Source: Selaginella moellendorffii (Eukaryota > Plantae > Lycopodiophyta). Taken from it: DNA of 44,576 nt. The stretch is from contig NW_003314313.1 in the NCBI RefSeq assembly GCF_000143415.4, positions 601,816-646,391 on the forward strand, read 5' to 3'. Below are positions 25,559 to 37,267 of the stretch, piece by piece (the first letter of the stretch is position 1; every line of letters starts with the position of its first letter). Below the pieces are notes generated by a model. It saw nothing but the letters and a program-made list of their open reading frames with translations. It did no database searches and had not been told where the DNA came from. The translations under genes were made by a program, and so were the position numbers.

Positions 25559-26297
25559 ATGTCGAAAGACAGTGTGAAGCTCTTGAACTTCTGGCCGAGT
25601 ATGTTTGGCTTGAGAGTCCGCTATGCGCTGGATCTGAAAGGGGTGTCCTACGATTACCAGGAGGAGAGTTTGTCCAACAAGAGCAAGGAGCTTCTCGAGG
25701 CAAATCCAATCTATACGAAGATTCCGGTTCTCATCCACAACGGCAAGCCTATCTGCGAGTCTCTTGTCATCATCGACTACATTGACAGTGTGTGGCCCGG
25801 TTCTCACAAGCTCCTCCCGGAAGATCCATACGAAAAGGCTGTGGCTCGCTTCTGGGCAGACTTTGGTGACAGAAAGGTAAACTTGTCGCTTCTTCCGGGT
25901 TGATCAAAACCAGATTTTTCCTTACCAACAGCTCTTTGACGCCGGGAGCCGACTCAGACGAGCTATGGGGGAGGAGCACAAGAAAGCCGGCGAGGACTTC
26001 AAGTGGGCTCTGATGAAAATCGATGAAGCTCTCGGCACCATCGCTCCAGGCAAGCCTTTCTTTGGTGGCGACGCTATGAACTTTGCAGATGTTGCTCTGG
26101 CTCCATTCATCTGCTGGTTCAAAGGCTACCAGAAAGTGGGAGGATTCGTGCTTCCAGGCCCGGAAGAATGGCCCAATCTCTACAAGTGGGTGGACGCTGT
26201 AAATTCCGTGGACGCGATCAAAAAATCCACTCCAAGCCCAGACAAGGTTGCTGAATTCGCTGAGGTTCTCAGGAAGCGAGTTCTCGGGGCTGCCTAA
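25559..26297 (+). CDS. GSTU: Tau-class glutathione S-transferase, copy 3 (exons 25559-25876, 25932-26297; 227 aa)
   Basis: Same motifs as copy 1; 55-bp intron 25877-25931; intact frame. Confidence 0.96.
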
Positions 26298-27311
26298 AAC
26301 ACGGACGGTTTTCAAGATATGTACTGTTTTCGATTCATCATTTCGATGCGTAAACAATAAAAAGTATTTCAAATAAACAACGTCTCTGACATTTTCTAGA
26401 AATCCAGACGGTCCTTCGGGGTTCTTGCTTCAGAAATTTCGTCGAACGGCAATTTTTTACCACCGTCTCTGTGTGTGTGTGTGTGTGTTAGGATTAGCCT
26501 TTTTATTAAAATTTTATCCTTTAAATTCTCCTTATATGTTTATGGAAGCTTCTGTTTAGAAATATGTTTTACTAATTTACATATAACAACTATAAACTAA
26601 ACGTATAGAAATAGTAATGGGAAGCTAACACTTTTTTACTATATGATTAAACAAACCTTCTCCAGAAATCTTTTATTCATTGCTGAATGTTCTTTTAAAG
26701 ATTAATTCTTGCCTAAATTATAACATTTCATTATTTTGTATTTCTTTGTCAATATAAACTTTTTATTACCTCAAATATGCATACATCTATATATGGCAAA
26801 GCCTTTTGTGTATAACAAATACTTACCCTGTTTTCATATTTATTAGTTTAAACTTTTACTACCTAACAATCCTAGTTTTATATATTTAACAAACTAGCTT
26901 AAGTCAAGGTCATTTTTATAAAGATATATATTAAAGTTATATCTTATAAGTTTTTTATTTTCTTATATAAAGATTACGTTAATTTTATAGGGATTGAAAA
27001 AACATTAAGAATTGCCACTTTTGAGGAGCTCTACCTCTGAAATGAATATTTTTTATGGTGTATGTGTTTTAATTAATATTTAACTTTAATTATTACTTTT
27101 TAAAATTAATTGTGTTGAGAGTTATTATTTTTTAAAAATATTTCTCAAGCTGTAAGCTTTTGAATAAATACACTTTCACCATCTAATGCTTTAGACTGTA
27201 TATTTCATGCTCCAATATTTATATTCTATGTTTTTGCCATCTAATCTCATTTCAAATTTTTCTATTCTTTGCCAAAGTATATTTGGAGGAAAATGTATAA
27301 ATAGGAAAAAA

Positions 27312-27322
27312 TACATATATAC

Positions 27323-27359
<37 letters not shown>

Positions 27360-27366
27360 CATATAC

Positions 27367-27417
<51 letters not shown>

Positions 27418-27418
27418 G

Positions 27419-27465
<47 letters not shown>

Positions 27466-27486
27466 TATACATACATATATATACAT

Positions 27487-27583
<97 letters not shown>

Positions 27584-27652
27584 TATACATATATATATAC
27601 ATATACATATACATATACATATATATATATACACATATATATAAATATATAC

Positions 27653-27683
<31 letters not shown>

Positions 27684-27704
27684 CACATATATATATATAC
27701 ACAC

Positions 27705-27766
<62 letters not shown>
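27312..27766. repeat. Compound (TA)n/(ATATAC)n microsatellite, ~455 bp
   Basis: Direct reading; source of the YI/YT/CI-repeat pseudo-ORFs. Confidence 0.97.
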
Positions 27767-27772
<6 letters not shown>

Positions 27773-29208
27773 GGCTAATAATTCAATACTTAAGTTTCTA
27801 AATTAGCTTGGAGTTTATATTTACAAAAATACTTATAAAGAAATTAAATACCTTTACATTTAAGGGTAAGTTATCTTTGGTGGTAGTTGGGTTTGAAGTA
27901 ACTTGGAGCGGTGTTTAATTTTAATTGCTGCCATTAATTAATATTTAGATCCAAAAACCATTAAAAGTTTCTATTATTTAATATTATCACTTTGCCATTA
28001 ATTTTTTCAAACTAGAAAGAGCAAAAAAAAAACGTTGAAGCAAAATTATTACAATAAAAGTTACATTTTGGATTTTGATTCAATTATTACTAAATTGTTT
28101 TACTTATATGAAGATAATAGAAGAAAAATCAATGGTTTTCAACTCAAGTTTTTATTATTACTTCCACTCAAAGTTCTTGAAGCAATTTATAAATTGATTG
28201 TGGAACTTTGAACTGTTAAACTCCTTATCTCTCCATAAAAAAATAGAAAACCTTGAGAAGATTATATAAAAATGAAGAGTAAAACTATGTTAAGTGCGAA
28301 AAATTGGAATTTCTTTTGAAAAGAACAATAGAAGCACGTTTTTGAACAAAACTAGAAAGTGACAGAAAAAAAATACATCAAATTTGAAAAGTTTTATTTA
28401 CTTAATGGATTATGCTATAATCATTGTAGTCAATCTCACGGTGGGTCTCTTTCTTTTCTCTATACTCTACTAGGAGATTCCTCAAAAATGCAATCCAACA
28501 TTGATAAATACATCTCAAAGATAGTAAGATTAAAACTATCAAAGAGTGAGAAAGAACAAGAAGAATAGATTGATAAAACAAAGATAGAAAGGGAAACATA
28601 TGCTTAAGTAATTTTTATCATTTTTGTTACTCTAGTGTATAATTTTTTGATTAAAATAAAAATTTCTATAAATTGTATATTACTATGAAAATTTAAACCT
28701 TCAATTCTGGTTAATACTGGCCAGCATCCTAATTAATTCTTTCTTAAGGTTTCCAGGCAAATCTCTAGAATTCGATCTTGTTAAAGTCTTTTGATGTCAG
28801 CAAAATGATGATTTGCTGAAGCCTGGTAATCACATTCTGCTATGGCAGTGTCTTGGGGGGAGTTTATGCTTATCCAATAAACTATCACTCCATTGCCATT
28901 TTGCTCCATCACATGGAATCTTAAAGAGATGGATGCTGCAAATGAAGACCAAAGAGACCAGAGTGAACTAAATTATGGAAAGCTGGGTTTTAATTATAAA
29001 CACTTCATATATATTGCTCCCGTCACCATTTTGCTCCATTGGTCCATTGACTTATTATGGTGAGCAAATTAGAACTTTTCTGATCTTTTGGCACGCACGC
29101 TTCTATATGGCATCAGTTAATTGGCGGAATTCGTTTCGGATGGACAATTTTCTATTTTAACCAGACAAGAAATCTCTAGAGCCTTTCTAATGTGCCTCAA
29201 CGAATATC

Positions 29209-29246
<38 letters not shown>

Positions 29247-29258
29247 TTCGAGAGAGAT

Positions 29259-29347
29259 GTCTTGTGTTTTCTGAGTTTCTCTTTGGAGTAGAAGCAAGTA
29301 GTAGCCATGTCGAAAGGGAGTGTCAAGGTCTTGAGCTTCTGGTCGAG
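29259..29347 (+). pseudogene. Second copy of the 5' GST relic (ATG 29307, MSKGSVKVLSFWSR)
   Basis: Duplicate of 1112-1200. Confidence 0.8.
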
Positions 29348-29404
29348 AAATTACCCCAAACATAATCTTGACTCGAGGATTGTTGCGAGACCGTCAGAAA
29401 GTAA

Positions 29405-30341
<937 letters not shown>

Positions 30342-31018
30342 AACACGGACGGTTTTCAAGATATGTACTGTTTTCGATTCATCATTTCGATGCGTAAACA
30401 ATAAAAAGTATTTCAAATAAACAACGTCTCTGACTAGAAATCCAGACGGTCCTTCGGGGTTCTTGCTTCAGAAATTTCGTCGAACGGCAATTTTTTACTA
30501 CCGTCTGTGTGTTACGATTAGCCTTTTTATTAAAATTTTATCCTTTAAATTCTCCTTATATGTTTATGGAACCTTCTGTTTAGAAATATGGTTTACTAAC
30601 TAAGAACATATAACAACTATAAACTAAAAGTATAGAAATAGTAATGGGAAGCTAACACTTTTTTACTATATGATTAAACAAACCTTCTCCAGAAATCTTT
30701 TATTCATTGCTGAATGTTCTTTTAAAGATTAATTCTTGCCTAAATTATAACATTTCATTATTTTGTATTTCTTTGTCAATATAAACTTTTTATTACCTCA
30801 AATATGCGTACATCTATATATGGCAAAGCCTTTTGTGTATAACAAATACTTACCCCATTGCTATTGTTTTCATATTTATTAGTTTAAACTTTTACTACTT
30901 AACAATCCTAGTTTTATATATTTAACAAACTAGCTTAAGTCAAGTTCATTTTTATAAAGATATATATTAAAGATATATGTTATAATTTTTTTTATTTTCT
31001 TACATAAAGATTATTTTA

Positions 31019-31222
31019 TGCCTAAAACATGGACGGTTTTCAAGATGGGTACTGTTTTCGATTCATCATCTCGATGTGTAAACAGTACAAAGTACTTCAA
31101 ATAAAGAACGTCTCTGGGTCCTTTGTGGTTTTTGCTCTAGAAATTTCGTCGAACAGCAATTTTTTACTACCGTCTATCACATCAACACTTGCACTCTCTC
31201 TTTCTCTCTCTCTCTCTCTCTC
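31019..31222 (+). pseudogene. Orphan GST stop codon plus 3'UTR (relic of a further deleted copy), ending in a (CT)n tract
   Basis: tGCCTAAaacatggacggttttcaagat...cgattcatcatctcgatg matches the GST ...GCC TAA and 3'UTR, with no GST coding sequence upstream. Confidence 0.85.
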
Positions 31223-32006
31223 ATATGGTGTGTAATTTGTAAAAGCGGTTTACAATTAGTGCCCATGTGGCAGCTGTCTATTGGTTTAGCTTTAAATGTA
31301 CATCCCATTGCAATGGATGCCCAATGGATGCTGATGGGTGGATGAATATGGCATGCTAGGTGGATGAATATGGCATGCAATTTGTAAAAAGGTGGATTTC
31401 ACTCACACCACGTGTATGCCTGCTATTGGTCCATGTGAACTATGAGTGTGAAAAAAACACAAGCATAGAATATTTTACAAATATCCAATCCTTATGCCCC
31501 AGATGGGGCATCATGCCCATAGCAATAACCCATGCTATGTATGGAATGGAGCCATTCATGGCCCATAGACCCATTCATCCCATGCATTCTAGCAAGTTAT
31601 GAATTGCATGCAAACCAAATGGACAATCAACCAAATTGCATACCATACTACTTTATCTAGAGCACTATGTTCTCACATCTTGCTCTTGGCAAAAGAACTG
31701 AATTATCCTTTTTTAGCACACTTCTTTTAACATAGTGTTCATAGCAAGCATAAGTGAACTCCATCTAGCTCCATTGCAAAGCCATGGATATATACTGTTT
31801 TGAGTCATGTCTCTAATGCAATCCATTGAGTTTATCTTTCATTGCCATTGATTTCCATTGTATCTCTCTCAACACTTTAGTTTTGTACTATGATGCTTAG
31901 AAGATTTGGATATGACTCAAAAGTAAGTTGAAGTCTAATCAATTTGATGAATTGGTGGAGCTCATACTTCAATTGTGTACTACATAAAGATGCATAGTGT
32001 TGATGT

Positions 32007-32268
32007 TTGGACCTGGAGTTCTCTCAACAAAAGCATGTTGAAGGAGATTTGAGAATGTAGAAGTTGCAATTGCATGTAGTAACATTCAGGATAACAATAA
32101 ACACTTTCAACATTTTCTAATTATAATTGTTTCAAATTGGACTTGGAGTTCTCTCAAGAGGAGCATGCTAAAGGAGATTTGAGAATATGGAAGTTGCAAT
32201 TGCATGTAGTAACATTCAGGATAACAATAGACACTTTCAACATTTTCCAATCATAACCGTTTAAAATT
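32007..32268. repeat. Tandem duplication, 2 x ~130 bp
   Basis: The ttggaYYtggagttctctcaa... unit starts at 32007 and 32137; copies differ mostly by transitions. Confidence 0.92.
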
Positions 32269-32296
32269 TTGAAATTTGTAAAAAGGGTTTCCAAGC

Positions 32297-32710
32297 ATGA
32301 GGCAAAACTATCCAATGTATGTTGTGCACTACGGCCAAAGAACTGAAGTTTTCAGGGATTGGAAGCTCATGCTCACTTTAGTAAGAGTAGATTTATGATA
32401 GTTTCCTATATACTCTAACCCTTTTACAATGTTTGAGATTTCTGGATTTCCTTTTGGCATAGCAAATTGGAGAGGAATTTATGACTTCTTTGAAGCATAA
32501 CAATGGATCCAATAGGGGACAGAACCAAGGATTCTATATGATGCCTCCTCCTCTCAAGGCTCGACAATCCCTCCGACAAGGCAGCCCAAAACTACTTCTA
32601 ATGTTGTGCCAATCACCGAGGGCAAAGGTCCTGTTGAAGAAAGCGATAGTGAGGGATATGTTATTGTTGGAGATGTAAGCAAGGACAAGTTCACAGACCT
32701 AGAGTGATTT
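32297..32710 (+). pseudogene. Decayed small gene with an RNase H1 N-terminal / caulimovirus viroplasmin (Cauli_VI-like) domain
   Basis: MYVVHYGQRTEVFRDWKLMLTL|ISGFPFGIANWRGIYDFFEA*QW after removing a 57-bp intron (32381-32437, gtaaga...ttgag). Fits YxVxxGxxxxVFxxW-x6-[VI]xGFP...EAxxW spacing; two in-frame stops resemble C>T mutations. 3' end uncertain. Confidence 0.55.
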
Positions 32711-33015
32711 TGGTTCTACCATAAAACAGGTTGAGAGTTCCTCAAGCGAAGATGGGCATCATGTAGCACCGAAGCTCAATAGTTTTGACCCAAATCCTAA
32801 ATTGGGAGCTGCTTTGGAAGCTATAGTGATTACCCTTGGTGAGGCAAGCATAAGCTGCAAGTGCTTATAATGGGCATTTGTGGAATATTTTGAATATTCT
32901 TACCTTTAACTTTGCCAATGAACTAGAAAGAGTCTCTTTCAAAGTGTGAAATATATTTCAAGATAATTATCTATTTTTATTGTGAAAGTGTCTATATTAT
33001 AGTAGTTCCACAACA

Positions 33016-36000
33016 TCAGCCCAATCCATACAAGCTCTCTGGATTTTGGAATGCCCAATGGATCTTGTGTTTGGTCCACTTCATTAACGGGTATGTTAAA
33101 GGGAAGAAAACTTGTATGCATGTGGAGAACCTAGGAAATTGAGTAGATGATGTACCCTGTCTCTCAACTTGGATCCAAATAGGCTCTCCTAGTCGGAACT
33201 CTGGAGAATCAACCGCAAAGTGATGGAACTTGGATAACTCTTTCGGGCTCATATCTATAAAATGTTCAAACATACAAGAGTTTTAGTTGTTTGTGAAAGT
33301 AAATAGCTACCTTGAATGATGTCCATAATCTAGCTGCGGAAGTTCTTTTCAAAGTCTTGATCAAAGATCAAGCAGTTGATGAACTCCGCAGGAGGAATGA
33401 TCGTCCTTACCCGGAAGACCTGTAACAAAGCATCTGTCCCAATGAGTGAAAGCCTACCTAGCAATGCTGGACTCTTGTAAGGCCCCTAACGAGCTTCCAT
33501 ATGCATTGAGTGTTGGAAGCCATCTCAAAGTAAGTCTCCCACTACGTTTGGCTCGATGAATAGGTAACACCAGACCACCGCAGCCACGCATGCCTCCATA
33601 GCTTACTCATAACCTTCACCAAGTTCGGTGAGTCTGACTTAAGCACTACATTGTAGTCGGTAATTGCAGGGTTCTTTAGGATGGAATCCACAAACTTGCG
33701 CCAATCGCCCTCCTCCTTTAGGCTTGATGCACCTCGCAATTGGTTGAGTGCATTCCAAATATGTGGCATGCATGCTTTGAGGTCCATCTTATATAGTCCT
33801 TCTTGGGCAAGTTGTCGGTCATTCTTGTCTGGAACCTCTCTAGCTGCAATTGCCAATGTTGCAATTGTACACCTACAAAATACCTGTGCATTACATTTGA
33901 ACACTTGGAATAACAACCATCCCACAAAGACAGCCTGTGCATATAGAAATGAGGAGCATATAAAACTTGTGCTTTAAACTTAACTTACCACATCCCACTC
34001 TTCTTGTCGCAACGTCCTAAAATGCATTGGCAACCTAAGATGCCAATACGTGGCTCCTTCCCTAAGCACAAACAATCCACGCGTCACACGTCTGTAACAC
34101 AAAGTTACTCTAGTGAGCAAAGTGAAAATTAAACTTACCGATTTTGGAATCTAGCAAACAACCTCTCTAATGGCTTTTGCATATGGCCCACCTGCATCTA
34201 TTAAGGCTTCCTCCTACACCGAAGCTCCTCCAATCTCAGACGCATAGACCACTTTGTAATTTGGTGTGTGGAAATTAGTATTGAAGGCGAATTGGAAACA
34301 ACTAAATTCATTGTTTGGTGCAATCTAGAAAGACAAGTGAGGGAACTCCAATTTATAGGCAATCCATTGCTTATTAGAATGCGAGATGGTCTCAAATGTG
34401 TACGAACAAGTCTGTATGGCTGAAGCATGGCCTTCTCGATGCAAAAACAAGAGAACTTACAATATAGTGTTTCAACAGTGTCAAATAGTTCTCTCAATTG
34501 TTGTGCAGCTGCCCAATTCCTACGTAGGTCCCTGCACAAAACAATAAGATGGTACTAAGTGGTAAGAAATAGATATACGTACCTCTTCTCAATGAACCAT
34601 GCTATTGTGGACTCAACAATTGAAGGAGGCACATTGATACTTACTTTAACAAGGAGTTGTTGGATTGTGTTGTCACAAAACACATCCTCGTATTGTGCTT
34701 TTGAAAGGCCAAGCTTAAGGAGAACACTCTCAATCCTGCCAATGAGGAATGGCTTGGCTGAAAAGCACGCACCGAAGAAATATTTCACCACCAGCCCAAT
34801 GAAACTCAAGATGTCTAGCAACAGCGTCTAGCATCTCCTCGTCACTTGTGCTCTCCATGCTAAAGCAACCAAGAAACTTGTGTTTCAGCCACTGCACTTA
34901 TGAGAGAACTTCAACATCCCTCTGTGCCCTCATCTCAAAGGTTATAGTGGCATTTTGTAAGGCAGAAACCTCCTCATACTGCAGCATAATGAAGTTGGCA
35001 CTATCCTGAGTGGTTAACTAAATAACTTCATTAAATGTATTGGTGGCATCAATCCATCGTTGTTGATGCTCCAATAATCTACATGCAAACATTAGTTCAA
35101 TTTTGAATGGCACAATTTTTAATTATCTTACTCTACTGTAGAAAAGTTGTCAAGTAACTCTATAAGAGTAAGCGGAGTGGAGCTACTTCCCTCTAGAAAG
35201 GGGGGTGGAGGCACATCATGGTCTTCAAGGCCTCCGCTATCACTATCATACACTACCATTAACCTATCTGCACTCAGAAATTAGAAAATGAAGAAAATAT
35301 TTATTTATGTTAATGCTTCTTACCAGCCGCATGGCCTGGAGCCACTATCTCTGGTGACAAGGATGTCTCCGGAGATCTTTGGTGTGATTCATCCCCATCA
35401 TCACCTTGTTCTTTGACTCTGGTGATGTCCATATTGTTTTGTGTGGGGAGAGTTTCTTCCGGTAATGGAAGAATGTCCTCTTCATCCATAAAGTCTTCTT
35501 CTTCATTATTCTCGTCTTGATTTGGTTCCTGTGTGGCTGGCTTTGGAAGAAATGGCTCTATCACCAAGGGATCATCATTTGCAATCAAGGTATTTGTAGC
35601 AACTACAACTGCAAAGACCACAACATATATTTGTGAGGAGGGAACTTAAATAAAAAATGACTTATGTTCACGAACATCCTTCTCCTCGAGTGTTCAGGTT
35701 TGCTTTTGATAACTTAGCCAATGTTTGTCGGTAAGATGCTCCATAACATTGTATAGGTATATTATTGTTGCTCAGTTGCCATTGGCCTTGTTTGCTATAG
35801 CTCCCCATGATGTTTGAGAAGGCCAGTAGCAAGGCTGGATAGAGTTGAGGCCAAATTTTGTAGACTCGGCATGGGCCTCACCACCATTGGACTGCCTTTC
35901 ACGTTGGACAAATGCTCTTGGGTTGGCTATGGATGAAGGTTGGATTCTTGAGGTTTGGAGTGATAGTAGAATCGCATGTTGGGCTGTGCTGGGTTGGAAA

Positions 36001-36305
36001 GGAATACTGGAGTATAAGCCACCCCATATGAGACACTCTGGGAGGTCCACTGCCAGCTTATCAAGTTCTATCACCTTCATAGATAGCTCTCTTTTCCACC
36101 CATAGAAGTCTACATGCCAAGTCTTCGGGATTGCAATCCACTTGGTGACAAGAACTGTGGTGAATGGCTGGGGGACCAGGGGTGTCGTAGACGACATCCC
36201 ACCAATGACTTTGGATCGACTACCACAACATCCACGACGACAACATAAGGATTGCTGATTGTTATCGGCATACATGTGCACTACAGCCACAAGCGGTGAG
36301 AAAGT
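33016..36305 (-). pseudogene. Multi-exon divergent HECT-domain E3 ubiquitin ligase pseudogene (5' end missing or interrupted)
   Basis: HECT landmarks in the correct order: EEALIDAGGPY (~34181-34213), GLFVLREGATYW, AVFVGWLL, DLKACMPHIWNALNQL, DLL*DGF, MSPKELSKFHHF, FPRFSTC (putative catalytic Cys codon 33120-33118), then YP...KIHWAF...YGLG*. Multiple ~50-bp GT-AG introns (e.g. ~35323-35268, ~35131-35080, ~34582-34532, ~34138-34092, ~33988-33935). Many stops and frameshifts. Confidence 0.75.
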
Positions 36306-36367
36306 CTAACACAGTGAAACGAAAATGAGTTAAACAAATCCAAAGAAAAAAAAATTGAAGAGTGCAT

Positions 36368-36734
36368 TTTCAAGACCCCCAACAAGATCAAGACTGGAAA
36401 ATGCAGAAGACAAAGAGAAAAGCTAGTGGAAATGAAGAAGAGCATTAGATTGGCGTTGATTCAGATTGTGGAGAAATGGAACAAGGCTAACCTATATATA
36501 CTATAGGTTGATGAAGCTCCACCACTCTTGGATCGAGGACGGCCTAAATATAGCTGAGGTCGAGGAGGCACCACATCATCATCAGGAATGTGGCTCGAGA
36601 CTCAGGAATCGTACGGGAAATCAAAGAGTCAAGAATAGGGAAGTGTCTCGAGAGTCAGGAATAGGGAAGTGTCTCGAGAGTTAGAAATGTCGGCAAGAGT
36701 CAGGAATGTGGCAAGAATTGGGGGATTCCTGACA
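36368..36734 (-). repeat. 3' LTR of element D (distal end approximate)
   Basis: Follows the PPT; contains a TATA-like tatatata and ~26-bp tandem repeats (gagtcaRgaatagggaagtgtctcga); distal terminus degenerate (ttttcaagacccc). Confidence 0.7.
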
Positions 36735-36745
36735 GCACCCCCTCC

Positions 36746-37267
36746 TCAAGAATGAGGACGTGAATGAGAACGAAGAGGAGGATGAGATGGGTGGCAAGGG
36801 ATGGGAGATGGAGAAAAAGAATGGGGATTGGGACGAGAAGGATAGCGGCGGTGGAAGTCTTGAACAAGGTCAAGATAATGAATTAGGTTGTCTGTAGGTT
36901 CCCAAGTGCGTTCCTCAGGTCCATAACCCTTCCAGTCGACCAGATAGTAGAGTTTAGACCGTGAGATCTTGGAATCAAGGATGTTTTGAACCTCGTACTC
37001 AGACCCATCCTCGAGGTGCACTGGTGGAGGCGGAGGAATAACCCAATTTGGAATAGGACTGGGAATATAAGGCTCAAGGAGAGAGGAGTGAAAAATGGGG
37101 TGAATTTTATATGAGGAGGGAAGTGCAAGGCGATAAGTGACAGGATTAATGATGGCCGTGATAAGGAAAGGACCGAGGCGTTTGAAATCGAGTTTGGGAC
37201 ATGGCCTAGTGGTGGAGATATTTCGTCTAAGGAGCCAGACTTTATCCCGATATTGTAAGAGGGACAA
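36746..37267 (-). pseudogene. Integrase C-terminus (GPF motif) and chromodomain of element D
   Basis: KLDFKRLGPF...YRLALP..KIHPIFHSSLLEPY; EYEVQNILDSK....LYYLVDWKGYGPEERTWEP..NL. Confidence 0.93.

Noticed and set aside
25436-26372. Antisense ORFs overlapping the GST genes (also 1347-2127, 23466-24198, 29549-30416)
   Set aside because: Shadow frames of GC-rich GST codons; their recurrence reflects gene duplication, not independent selection.
27191-27718. YI/YT/CI-repeat ORFs
   Set aside because: Translations of the TA/ATATAC microsatellite.
31223-31260. Helitron terminus at the left edge of the HECT/Cauli_VI block
   Set aside because: A hairpin is present but AT-rich and not followed by a CTRR end on the appropriate strand; the element class cannot be assigned.
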